A DNA stretch of 64,000 nt from Oedothorax gibbosus (Eukaryota), in assembly GCA_019343175.1 (NCBI GenBank), contig JAFNEN010000097.1, positions 221,448 to 285,447 of the forward strand, written 5' to 3'. Within the stretch, counting starts at the first letter, position 1. Each line of letters begins with the position of its first letter. The notes below the pieces were generated by a model, which had not been told where the DNA came from, did no database searches, and saw only the letters and a program-made list of their open reading frames with translations. Below are positions 51,401 to 64,000 of the stretch, in pieces. Made by a program: the position numbers and the translations under genes.

Positions 51401-52419
51401 AATAACAAGTAGGTTTGTAACAGAATCAGTCACTTAACCCGCTTCCCCACAACAGTTGTGTTAACAGGTAAAAAGGCGACAAACACAGCATTGATATTCT
51501 ATATTAAACATTTACATGCTAAATTTGGCTAGTTTCATTTATTTTATTTTGAAAATTCAATAATTATTACTTATCGTTTACAAAAATTAATTTATATTTC
51601 AAAGAATAAATATGTAATATTACTCGCTTTTAAATAGAATGAAAATATTTCATATCAACATACAAAGAATCTCGTAGTGAAATATATTTGACGTCATTTC
51701 AAACTGATGTCGCAAAAATAAATTTATTTTAATTTATTGTCTAAAAGAATTAAAGTTTCTCGAGCGATTGTTGCGAATGGCAATGATGATTAAATTCTAA
51801 TAAAAATGGCTTCCTATGCTTTTTAAATGAGCATTAAATTTGCAGTTTTTTAAATAATATTGAAGTACTTCGATTTCGAATTCTTTTCTGAAATTTTCAA
51901 TGTATTCTAATTTCGATGTGCTGAATTTTTTGACGTATCCCACTTGTCAATAGCATTTGTAGTTTGGGCTATGAAAGTGGGTGACACGGACAGGCAGACG
52001 GATTGAACGATTATAATACCTTCCAATTTTTACGTTATAAACTTAGTGTGGAATCTAAAACACGCCTCTATTACAATTATGCCGTTTCTCTGCAATCAAA
52101 ATCGCACCAATGGGCAGGAGTTGTCCAGTTAGTATAGCATTGGACGTAATACTATTGGCCACGGTCGAGCATCCTTTGACTTAGGATTTATTCCCGGTTG
52201 CCCACGCTGCTTTCCTATAAAACAGAAAATGCATCCTACGAAAATACTCCGAGTACACTGGGACACACATGCATTGAAATCTGCGGAATTCTAAGTCATG
52301 AAGCTTCGTACGATGTCACCATACGGTTGAGCGTTGGATTCTAGCTCAGGTGTCGGCATCGTCCCTTGAACGTGGTTCCAAATTACGGGGTCCAATCAAG
52401 ACCTACTCAACTTACAAGG

Positions 52420-52640
52420 CCAGAGAAGCTCTCGCAAACATGCGAGTGAACAGAAACTTTGACATCACTGTTCCGAGTGCCGATAATGAATAAACCTATT
52501 CTGAACCACTCGGAAACCTTAAAACACAATCAGCCGTTAACGAGTAGTTTCGAACAGGTTTCCAGATCATGTTCAGAACAACGACACTCGGAATAGGGAC
52601 GTCAAAATTTTCGTCCCCGCACTCGTTTGGAAGAGCTTCT
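52420..52640. mobile_element. MITE-like element with a 28 bp TIR
   Basis: The stretch ccagagaagctctcgcaaacatgcgagtg at 52420-52448 is the reverse complement (3 mismatches) of cactcgtttggaagagcttctctgg at 52616-52640. Internal ttccgagtg and cactcggaa form further hairpins. Confidence 0.5.
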
Positions 52641-52657
52641 CTGGCGTTGTAAATTGA

Positions 52658-52882
52658 GTACACTGTTAAAACTGAAGTAACAATTGGGAGCCACTTTTCA
52701 CCTCGGGGTGAAAAGACGCCCTCATTTGGCGCCTCAAGGCTCTGAATCGCCTTGGGTCAATGAATATTGGGCTCATGAATCGCCTAGGAATGCCATTCTG
52801 GCACTCCTAGGGGTCCCGCTGATGGAACACCACCATTCACTCCTGGGGGTGCTATGTGTCACCTTCAGTTTTAACAGTAAGT
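52658..52882. mobile_element. MITE (~225 bp) with TIR GTACACTGTTAAAACTGAAG
   Basis: The 5' end is gtacactgttaaaactgaagt and the 3' end is cttcagttttaacagtaagt. The TIR start is shared with the 28960 family. ORF 52684-52896 lies inside it and looks spurious. Confidence 0.65.
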
Positions 52883-55800
52883 TCGTGGGTCAATAGCCTT
52901 CGTGTAGCTCTAGTGCAACGCTACTTCAACCAAACCAACCAATCAAAACCGCACCAAACCAAACGACACCAATATTGTTTCGCCCTCAAACCCAATCACC
53001 ACCCCCGACCCTCCAGCAAAGAAAACCAATAACGGGACCTTCCTTATCGAATTTTCGACAATGGTTCCGCATATATGAAAGGCTATCTGTTTATTCTGTG
53101 GATAGCAGAAGGAAACTAATGAAGGATCTCGAGGGCGGGTAAGGACTAACCAGCAATATCGTTCATCCTATTATCAGCCAGATTTAATGGTCCTCTAATG
53201 GGCATCGATCCTCACAAAATGGAAACACCCACCGCTAAAGAGTCAATAGTGAAAAATCTCCTTTATGTATTAGGCGTCATCGCCACACGAATTAAAAACG
53301 CGTCTTTTTTTTATGGGCTTTGAAGTTCTGACAACAAACATGTATTTCGTAACTTGTAAACCAATTTCCTATGAATTAGGCGATAAATAATTTGTTTCCT
53401 TAAGAGGATTTGAAGGGGTTCCCGTCGATTCGATTATGAGTGAGTTTAAAAAATTCAAAGGCGTAATATGTTTATTTCCTACGTACTTATGCATACTTAA
53501 TTAACTTATGTGGTTTCGAAAATGATTTAGTATTTTTTAATAAATATGTTTCCAACAATTGGATTAAGAATGTACATACTACAGCTTCTTTTATAAATTA
53601 ACGTAAGTATTGTTCAGTTCTAAAGCTTACTGCACAGCAGTTTTCCTATTTATAAAGATATTATTCCGTTTCGTCATAAGTTACAACTTAATTTGTATTT
53701 ATTTTATAGATAAGTTCTTTAACGTTTTACAATAACAGTTTAAATTTAATATATTTAAACATAATGTACCTAACTAATTGCAACATTATAAAAAAATTTC
53801 ATGAATTTTATGAAAATTGCCAAAATAATTAATCATGAATTAATATAGGTGTTTAATTGATAATAGATAAATATCCTTTTGTTATTATAACCAAGTGAAG
53901 TAACTATTTAATTTGATATATGAAAGGGTTTTAACATTCATTAGTCGTGTTTACTTAATACTTAGATATTTTATTTGAATCAATCGACAAATGATCATTA
54001 AGATACCACACACGCAATATGAAGGGTCTAGTTGCAAAAATCACATTTTACAATGTACAACTAAGATATAGGGCCCGGTCCGTTTATTGGCGACCTTTAA
54101 TAACGGTAAATTCAATTGGACAAAATCGCCAATTAAGGGGCCGGACACTATATCTAAGTTATAACATAGAGAATGCGAGTTTTGAAACTACACTTCGTTA
54201 TATAACAATGTTATGTTTATTCGGTAAGGAAAGCGTTAAGTTTTAAAAAAATAATTTTTCATGCCACTTAAACTGTCCTACATAAATACTATAGTCGTCT
54301 TCATTTGTCTTATATTTCGTTTAGTTAGATGAACTTAATCAGAAAGCTTATTTTCACATCGTAAATTTTCGTCATTAATGAGTTAACAAAGTCGGAAAGT
54401 TTTGTAATATATAAATACAGATTAGTTAGAACTTATTTCAAAGTTGAATTACATAAATAGATAATGAAAACTAATTATACTAATTATCTAAAGTTGTTAA
54501 ATATTATCTTACTTAACACGCACACATTGCCAAGCACAAACATGTTGAAACCCTACATAAACCATGAAATATACTAATTTATATAGAAATGAAGATTGTA
54601 GAAAGATATAGAAAATTCTTAATTAAGTAACAAATTAAAAAAAAGCAAAAGCAATTTTTATTTTTTAAAATATTCCAAGCTGGCTAGCAGACAGAATTAT
54701 TTGTCGGGTTATGATCCATGTAAATTAGATAAGGATCTTAATTTAATGCTCATAAAGTTTAAATGAGATTGATTTCAGAATTTAAGCGGGAATTAATTTG
54801 CACTAGACTTGTCATAGTTGTAAAGTATGCAAAGTTTAAAGTTTAGTATCAAAGGGCTAAGTTAATTACTTTATCCGAAAATTACTTAACACCAACTCTC
54901 TAGGATAGACGCTAAGATTAAACTTTTCTGAAGCCATTCCTTAATATTTCTTTCACATTCATTAGAATATTTCAATTAAACTTTCCTATTCACATTTTTA
55001 CTTTGGATGAAAGTTCTTTAAAGTATTTTACGATGGTAAAGGGAGTTACTATACTTGTTAGAAAAGAAGTATTTGAAGATATTTAAATGTGTCGTTCTTT
55101 TAATTTTTATACTTTTAAAATGATGAGAGTTGGAGGTACGAAAAAATATTCTACAGTTGTAATAAATTAACAAAAAAGTCCACATAAATTCTTTTGCACT
55201 TAATATTGTTGGGTTCATAATTTAAAGAAGAAAACTAAGCTTGAACTTAGAACCCATTAGCCGATTTCCTGTAATTTTTTAAAAAATTAGATTTGTTAGT
55301 AGAGTCCTGTGTCTCAATTGGTTATGTAATAATTAATAATTGAAAGGGGCTTGAAGTTATTATTTTGAGTAAAATATGATATGAGTTTTTAATTTAAAGC
55401 ATTTAAGCATAATATAACTTCGAGCACTTACTTTTGGATATTTTATGTTCATATATTCTAACCAAATAATACGACGAATAGAAACCGAATACTTTCACGT
55501 TTGTTAAAATGTTTCTTTTAACTAAAGTAAAAAGACTCTTTCCATCGTCTTTTCCTTTCATCTGATTTCTTTTATGCGTTAGTTTTTGTAAAGGATTGAA
55601 TTAAAAATATTTCTTTAAAACATTGTGATATTTTTTTTTATACTTTAGATATAATTAACAATTTTTAAAATGGTTTGCAGAAGCAAAAGTACAGAAAATC
55701 AAATCTACACAGCATTTGATTTGTTGTTTTCGACGCTAAAACCAAAGCATGATAATATAATCCCAACATGCTTTTAGATATGAAACTTAACACACTCCAC

Positions 55801-56938
55801 ATATGATAAAATTCATAGTTTTATTAGTTATAGAAGGCTTAAGGATTTTGGAATCTTGGAAAAAATCTCATGTTCACTTTTCTCTTATTAAATTAATAGA
55901 AGCAAAAACAGATAATAATAAACTAAAAAAGCAATGGTTTTTCTTATGCAAACTATATTTGCCTATTATATTTTATTTATGTTATGCTTGGCTATTATAT
56001 AGTAAACATTTGATAAAAAACTGTTTGATAAGAAGTTCAGAAGATATTTATTTTTGATAAACCTAAAAGCTTAAGGAAAGAACAAAAAAGTACAATTAAT
56101 TTCAGCTTGAATAGTGAGTACAGAACGTTATTAAACATAAAACGTAACTTTTATATTTTTTCAACACAAGAAAAAATATTAGGTACCCGATTTCACATTT
56201 ATTGAAAGGCTTTTTATCTGCAAAATATGCAAGATTATTTTACTGAGTGTTGCGGATGTAACATTTCTGGAGGCCAGGAAGTAACGTAAAATCCTTGATA
56301 CAAAAGAACAAAAAGCAGACCTGAGAAAAACCATTGCTTTTATTTAAGTTATTGACTAGTTTTCGTATTTGGGATGGAATTGAAATCTATAGGAATGCTT
56401 TTCGGAAATTGTATATCGCCTGGAGGAGAACGATTTTGCATTCCTGAACTCCTTCATGCTTCTTTAAAGAAAAGTTTCGGTTGTCGTGGAACTCTTATTA
56501 TCCTAAAAAAGTATTTTCTTACTTCACATTTTCGCAAAGGATACAAAGCGCGTACTTCTCGAACGTAATTGGAACTTTGGATTTCTTGAAATGTTATATT
56601 CAGTTAAAGTTTTAGTTTGTAATTAGATTTGTTTGATTTTCAATAAACGGAAAAAGTTACAGATTTCTACTTGCATTATAATACTCCTTACGAGTAAACT
56701 CACTAACAACGTAAAAGAAAAGATGGATGCGGATCGAATTTAAGTTTAGCTAACAAGTTATTATGCTAAGAATATAACAGACGTATGGGATACATTAAAA
56801 AGTATTTAATACAAATCTATACATATGACGGATAAACATACGAGAGTACTCAAACATAGAAAGTTTAAGGAATTATATAAAAAATACTAAATATAAATAA
56901 GTATGCGAGTATTAGGATCCAATATTTATATAATTTTA

Positions 56939-58183
56939 CGATATTAGTTGTTATACTCAACAGTCTATATGCATTTATTATTGTACATTTTACAGTTATT
57001 TACTTTGCCCAAACATAACTTTTTAAAGTGCCAACTCTATTTTGTTTTGAAATACTTTATTAGAATTCATATTTTCTAAAAAGCGCATTTTATTTAGCCG
57101 AAGCAAATAATGGCTTTCTTTCATAATTCATTTATTCTAATTTATTAAAATAATTAAAAAATATCTCAACTAATATAACCCATAAATATCATTTTATCCC
57201 CTGTCTACCCACTCCGTTTCATAGTTTTAAGAGCCTCCCCCAAACACTAAAAGGCAGCAGTATAATTAACCACAATTCACCCTTCTAATTTAATTCCCAG
57301 GAGAAAACGGGGCTTTATACCCTTCAAAGTTCAGAATGAGGGGTGTTTATATCCTGCGGGCAAATTCCAAAACATATTGACTATTCCTATTTTGTTTTTG
57401 CACACTAAAGATGAGCAATGTATTGGTCATCTACGTGTGCGTACTTTAAAAGTCAATTTTGAATTAAATATAAAATAAATTGTTTTTTATATACTTTCCT
57501 AGAATAGCAATTTCCAAAGAAGTCCGACTCAAAATTTACCTACAATGTGGATTGTTCGTATTTTTATTTGACACACATTAAAAATAATCCCCACGTTGGC
57601 CATTAAAGCGTTTTGTTTGAATTTAATTAAAATAAACAATTTGCCTTTAAAATTTTCTAAAAATATTAAATTTTAAAAATGATCATTGGATTCTTGCAAT
57701 TCAACTACCACTAAAATTAATCAAAATTGCCATTATCTATGTGCATTTCCAAAAATATTATTTTATTTCTAGGCTATCTACTCTGTCTTATAGTTTTAGT
57801 TAGGAGGTTAGTTAGGATGTTAGTAGGTTTAGTTATGTAGTTAAATTAGGAGGCTGAATTGTGGTTAATTATACTGCTGCCTTTTAGTGTTTGGGGGAGG
57901 CTCTTAAAACTATGAAACGGAGAGGGTAGGTAGGGGATAAAATGATATTTATGGGTTATATTGGTTGATATATTTTTTTAATTATTTTAATAAATTAGAA
58001 TAAATGAATTATGAAAGAGACAGTAATTGTTTCGGCTAAATAAAATGCGCTTTTTAGAAAATATGAAAAGTATTTCAAAACTAAATAGAGTTGGCACTTT
58101 AAAAAGTTAAGTTTGGCAAAGTAAATAACTGTAAAATGTACAATAATAAATGCATATAGACTTGAGTATAACAACTAATATCG
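56939..58183. repeat. Large near-perfect palindrome: ~350 bp inverted arms (56939-57290 and 57850-58183) around a ~560 bp centre
   Basis: The left arm cgatattagttgttatactcaacagtctatatgcatttattattgtacattttacag… is the reverse complement of …ctgtaaaatgtacaataataaatgcatatagacttgagtataacaactaatatcg. The arms are collinear for ~350 bp at an estimated >90% identity. The inner arm ends are made of satellite-unit sequence (ccccaaacactaaaaggcagcag…). Confidence 0.8.
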
Positions 58184-59440
58184 TTCAAATACAGATTGAG
58201 TTGGTCAAATTCAGTCCCATTCCAAAGCACGTTGATTATTCCTATTTTGTTTTGACAAATTAAAAACATACACCATACTGACCATTCATTTTCATGAGTC
58301 AATTTTAAATTTAATTTAAAATGGATTATTAGTATTAATGTTTTCTAAACAAAACCACGAAATTTTCAAAAAGGTATTGTCCACATAATTCAGCCCCATA
58401 ATTTCTAAGATGCATCGAAATTACTTTTACCTAGGTATACATCGCTAAATATCCTTTCATTTTTCGACTACTCACTCTTTTTTATAGTGCGAGACCGTTT
58501 ACTACTACCCCAAACACTAAAAACGCAGCAGCCACTCACCATATTTCACTTCTCGTATCTAATTCTCAAGAGAATACAGGGTTTTGTTCTCCCTCAAAGG
58601 GGGATCAAATACAGTGTAATTCCAAAGTATATTTTCTATTCCGGTTTGGTTTGATAAATTGAAAACATTCATCAGATTGACCATCCCATTTGCACACCTT
58701 TTAAAGAGTCAATATCACATTTAAATTAAAATGGATTACTGGTGTTTATATTTTCTAAAAAAAACCTCTATATTATTCATCCCAATAATTTCTGAGATGT
58801 ATCAAACTTACCTTTACCTAGGTATACTTCGCTAAATATCCTTCCCCATTCCCATACTATCCATTATTTTTTATAGGTTTAGTTCTTTCTTTCCCCCCCC
58901 CCCCCAAACCAAGAGACAGTAGTAACTAACCACAATTCACTCCTATCTAATTCTCGAGAGAATGTAAGCTTTGTTCCCTTAAAGACTAGATACGGAAAGA
59001 TCAAATACAGTCCAATTCCAAGCGCATATTGATTATTCCTATTTTAGTTTAATAAATTGAAAACATACATCATATTGACCACCCCATATTGAAGGGTCAA
59101 TTAGGAAATTAATTTAAACTGGATAAATGGGGTTTTTGTTTTCTAAAAAAAAGCAACTTCAAAAAAAAATATTGTATACATAAATCACCCTCATAATTTC
59201 TAAAAAGTATTAAAATTAGCTTTATCTATAGGTATACTTTGCTAAATATCCTTTCATTCCCCAACTGCTTTATAGTGGTGCGACCGTCTACCCCAAACAC
59301 TAAAAGGCAGCAGCAACTAACCACATTTCACTCTTCTGATCTAATTCCCGAGAGGAAGTCGGGCTTTGTACCTCACAAGGGCAAGGGATAAAAGAAGCTG
59401 GCCGTTTATATATCCTGTAGTCAAATTCTAAAAGTCGCGG
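57190..59440. repeat. Tandem array of ~392 bp satellite-like units (about 5 units, one segment inverted within the palindrome), 75-85% identical to each other
   Basis: The landmark ccccaaacactaaaa[ag]gcagcag recurs at 57240, 58508, 58898 and 59291 (spacings 390 and 393 bp), and on the opposite strand at ~57890. Units share …attccaa…attgattattcctattttgttt…aaattgaaaacatacatcatattgacca…aaaatggatta…cataatttctaa…tacctaggtatac.tcgctaaatatcc… blocks. The last unit is truncated near 59440. Confidence 0.75.
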
Positions 59441-62400
59441 ATGTCTTGTTTATGGAACAAGCATACAGTTAATAAGGGCCACACTAGTGAGCAGTAAAAA
59501 ATGTTTCGTACTTTCCGATTTCTCTGTTTTATCGGCTCATAAAAACGAATTGCTCGGAGACTCAGATTATTTATGAAAGAGTTTGTTTTATGGCTTGTGT
59601 TTTTGGAGAAAAATATATCTGGTGTAATATCTGAGCGCTATCATAGGTTTAAATCTCACCCCGCGCCAGGATTTTTTTGTGTATTTTAATCTAGCACGCT
59701 TCCAAGAAGCCGTAAATTTATTTCACGTAGATTCACTGACAAGAAACGCAAATTATATTAGAACTTTTTTTTTGTATTTTTTTCAGTCAATGATGCTGGA
59801 ATTCCGGGTTAATTGAGGCAGAATTTGGCTGTTTGTTGTTAAAAAAACTAAATTTGTTTTGAGAAGAGAGAAAATGTCGAGAATGTTTGTTAGGTTGTCG
59901 CATTAGTTTTTGTGTCTCTTTGCTGTTTTTAGTACGCTTTCTTAAAAACCCTAGTTTCAGTTTCCTAATAATAGAACTTAGCCGGAGCTAAATAAATGCC
60001 CAGAAAAAGTATATTTTCAGCAGCATTTTATTTTTTATAATTTGAATTGTTGGTTCAACTTTTGGAAATTTGGTATTCTATAAAGTTAATTGATTAGTTT
60101 TTGTTAAGAAAAATATAAAAAAACTTAAAAATATCTGCTTCTTAATATCTATATGTCTTCTACAACTAAATATATTTTATATTTATCTACTTAGATGCAA
60201 TGCACTGCATCTGTTAAACAATTGCTTTAATTTTCACGATTGCTAGAAATAGTTTTCATGCTAAATATAAATTGATAAAAACAATTAATTTAAAAACATA
60301 TCTGATTCAATTGTTTGTTTAAAGGTGTTTCAAATCACAAATTTTCTTTAGAATCACTTAAAGAACACTTTTTTTGACAAATTATATGGGAAAACAGCCA
60401 AATATTTATATCTCAGATAGCCTTATAGGGAAGAAAACCGATAACGTATATACAAGTATTTCTTTTTTTATGTTTGAAGTCCTTCGTAACTTAAGAGTGA
60501 AATCTTAGCAATGTGCAGAAGACAGATATGAATATTATATCTTCCATTCTGTCGTATATAAAATCATAAATAAGACATAAAGATAATGATCTTGATGGGA
60601 AAGCTTTACTAAACACAATTTCGCAATAGTTTTATTCTCTATGGGCTTCTTCTATCGAAAAAGTCATATCAGCTTTTTGCCACATTGATATACTAACTTA
60701 TGCCTCCGTTTTAACGTCATTGCGTGAAAATATTACCAATTTTATAGGCAATTCTGAAAGAACTTTCATTTTATATAATCATTGTCATCTATTGTGATAT
60801 TTCTTTTTTATAATATGTACAATTATAAAGATTGCAAAATGTTTGAAACTGAGTGTTTTTAGTTTCTGCAAAAACATGAATTATAAGCATGCAAATTGTT
60901 TCAGACCTTTAATTAAAATGAGAAATGGGTATGTTAATAAGTATAAAATAAGTATTAAAATATAAAAACTTTTGTCTATCAGGTTAATACTGTTATTTTT
61001 AAAATCAAATGAAAATTTGTTCGGTGGTATATAATGGAAGATTATTCTCAAATATCTACTAATCCAAAATCTATCTGCAAATATCTTATTAATCCTTAAA
61101 TTTTCTTTCCAATTGAAAATATAAAAATTCTTTGAAATGATAAGGGTTATTTTCTTTGGAAGTTCTATTATCGATTAATTGTTTGCACACTCATCATTAT
61201 TATTTTAAATATTAGCAATTTCAGCTATTTATACATCGTTATTTACTAACGTGTCACCTTATATTAAAGTAATTACCCCAAAATACCTAAAAATAATAAT
61301 TATAATAATCAAATCTATAATTAGTCAGCTAACATGCTTCGAACTTTCACGGGAACTTCACAACAAACAATGTCACAGCAACAATTACGAAGTAACCTCA
61401 TAGACATAACATTCTGACACATATTTGTCTTCACTAACACTACAAATAGGGATAATGTTTACTATTCCCTTATGTACGCGATATTTATAAGGAACTTGAA
61501 AATGTGCCCTTTTCATACTTTAGCACTTAATAGCGAAACTGGGAATCCGTAATATAATAAAACCGAGTTTGATCATTCTATCTAATGATTGATTACTTAC
61601 CTATCTTTTAGGAGGCAACGGCAGGCCAAAAGCTCTCAAGTATATAAATTCTAATCAGCCGCCACGACTGATCAAACAAAGTCATCTTCTCGAGATCACC
61701 GCGTCTAATCCCTGAAGATTAACTCAAATTCGTTATCCCCTTCCCTAAATCAAATTGAAGCCCCCCTCTTCCAGAAGAAAAGAGCAAGAAATATCCGAAG
61801 GAAAAGGGGCAGTATTTCGCCTTCGTAATATTGAACATTACCCGCAAAAGTGGCCTATCATACAAAATTTAAAATTTTAGTTAACATTTTTTGTTGTTGC
61901 TAAATTGAGATTGGCATAAATATATTTTTGATAAATAGGTATAAAATGGTCCAATCCAGAAATTTTATGTATAAAAATTAAAAAAGTTTAAATACTTGGA
62001 ATTATAAATTTATTTTGACACATTTTAAAACCATTCTTCTACTTTAGATTTGATTTTTTTCAGTTAATTTTTTTTGTAAGCAAAATAGAATTTTTAAAGC
62101 GAGGCGTAGTTTCGGAAATTAAATATCTTAGTGGTTAAACATCTATTTTTCAACAAATACAAATTTAGAACTTTATTTCATTAAAAAAAATCAAATATAT
62201 TTACTATTCCATCAGTAATATCTATTCAATATACTCTTAACATAAAAAAATGAAAAAAAAAATGATCGGTAGAATATCAGTTAATTGTATTTTAATGCAG
62301 CAAAAATAGATATTTTCATCAATAAGTCCCCTTAACACTACTATAATAGGCAAAATTTCGATATATGAAGGGGTCTATGTGCAAAACTAACATTCCCCAG

Positions 62401-62730
62401 AGTATTACTAAGGTATAGGGATCGGCAAGTACATTGTCGACTTCATCCAACTGACTTTGATCGTCAAGAGTCGCCACACACGAGCCGGACCATGTATCTT
62501 AGTAAAACTTAAAAGAACGCGAGGTTTTGTAACTTCTTCATATATCGATTTGTGCAATAGAGTACTTGACTGTATCGCTAAAATACCTTCCAATATTAAA
62601 TTAATTATAGTTTGAATCCAAAAGTAACAAACATATCTTTTTTTGTAAAATAAATCTTTAAATAATTAGTAAAAATCCTTTTAAAATGGTTTTTTTTTCA
62701 TCGTAACGTCATAAACACGTCGATTTGGCT

Positions 62731-62929
62731 GACGTCACTAGTATATATAATCAAACAGGTGTGGCGTTTTTTTGCCTGCAATTAAACTGGATGTAATCTA
62801 ATATACTATTACAATAAGAATATATATAGATAATGGAAGGAAGTTTTACAGAAGTGGATAGTTCAAATTTGCTTAAAGTAGATTCCAAGATGGTGTTTCA
62901 AAGTTTGTTTATAGTTACTAGTGACGTCA
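62731..62929. repeat. 15 bp inverted repeat (ctgacgtcactagta … tactagtgacgtcat) ~170 bp apart, each containing a TGACGTCA palindrome
   Basis: This is seen directly. It is possibly a small hairpin element. Confidence 0.35.
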
Positions 62930-64000
62930 TAGATACCACGTGACAGCCACAAAGCGTTTTCGGGCGTAGTTTTTCGTCCTAATTTTAAAATTAATTTTTC
63001 TCCCTTTTTATTGGGTATTTGAAAAAAAGAAAAAATACGGGTATACTAATATTATATATTTTATAATAATATAATAATAATAATTTATATAATAATTAAT
63101 ATACTAATATTTTTGGTATAAGAATATTTTAAGCCAGTAAAAAGATTTAGTCAAATACCCTATTGGCATAGCGATGAAAGTAGTCGTTAGTCTGCATTAC
63201 ACATAACGGTTTGTGAGCGGAAAAATAACGGCTAAAATTTGTGCGTGGAAAAATGATGGATTACGTTAGCTTGACGTAATTGATAGACACTAGGTCTTTG
63301 GGGTAGTTAAAAGACACCCTCTTTATTATTAAAATATTTTTTTTATAAAATCAAATCACTCTAAGATCTTTATTTGATACCCGGATATACAATACTAATA
63401 TCGTGTTATCCTTTTAAAATTAATGAAACAAAATTTGGTTAGCAACGATTAAACTTTCTAATTTCGCTAAACTTCAGTTTACTAAACGTGGTTTTAAAAA
63501 TTATAAGGTATTTGTAGGGACTCTTATCATGTAACCCAAATATTTCACCGAATTATTAAAAACTTATTTCGATAAAATGTTCTGTTACTCAAAATGAGTT
63601 TAGTTTGGTTGAAGCAGAAATTGTTATGCAGTGATTGGGTGGGTTGATGCGTAGACAATTATTCTTTGAATAATTTTTAGTTAATAGTTTAAGATGATTT
63701 CGAGACACTAGATATACTAATCAACAAATAAGTATTTTTTACGATAGAATTTGTATCAAAGAAGAGTAAAAACATTTAACTGAATTACTGTTACCGTCTC
63801 TTCAAAAGGTTGCCATATGTTTGAAAATTGCAGAACTTGTATAATCTAATTATTTCGCAGCTTGCTTAATTGAACATATATACTCGTTCAATTAAACGGA
63901 TATCCATGCCAAATATTTTTTGTTTTATCTAAGCCCATTCGGATCAATCCTTGATAATTTGGAATTTTTCCAATTTTTTTTAAACATCTCTCCTAAATAA

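Noticed and set aside
52684-52896. 70-aa ORF (…HLGVKRRPHLAPQGSES…)
   Set aside because: It lies entirely within the 225 bp MITE at 52658-52882.
57190-59440. CRISPR-like array
   Set aside because: The repeat period is ~392 bp with 75-85% identical units and no short conserved repeat/spacer structure. The sequence is eukaryotic. It is a satellite-like tandem repeat, not a CRISPR array.
1-64000. A novel prokaryotic or phage defence or biosynthetic system, as the prompt suggests
   Set aside because: There are no long ORFs, no gene-dense operon structure and no ribosome-binding-site context. Instead there are eukaryotic retroelements (LINE with RT and RNase H, tRNA-SINE with TSD), Tc1/mariner MITEs with TA duplications, and ~30% GC intergenic-like DNA. 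The interesting structures here are transposon, foldback and satellite architectures, not a protein-coding system.

Overview
This window is AT-rich eukaryotic DNA (roughly 30% GC by eye), most likely from an invertebrate or arthropod-like genome. It is not a prokaryotic locus, so no operon-type system is present. The longest ORF in 64 kb is 253 aa, and every long or interpretable ORF is a transposon relic. I cannot support any host protein-coding exon, rRNA, authentic tRNA or CRISPR array. The window is a gene-poor, transposon-dense accessory region. It contains three 5'-truncated, frameshifted copies of a non-LTR retrotransposon (LINE) that carries an RNase H domain and a Cys/His zinc-knuckle C-terminus and ends in a (CAA)n tail. 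It also contains a recently active Tc1/mariner-like DNA transposon family, present as two near-identical ~550 bp internally deleted copies that keep the transposase C-terminus, one 233 bp miniature inverted-repeat element (MITE) and one solo terminal inverted repeat (TIR). There are several further TA-flanked MITE families, a tRNA-derived short interspersed element (SINE) with a perfect 15 bp target-site duplication plus fragments of it, and a cluster of foldback elements. At 56.9-59.4 kb there is a ~1.25 kb near-perfect palindrome fused to a tandem array of ~392 bp satellite-like units.
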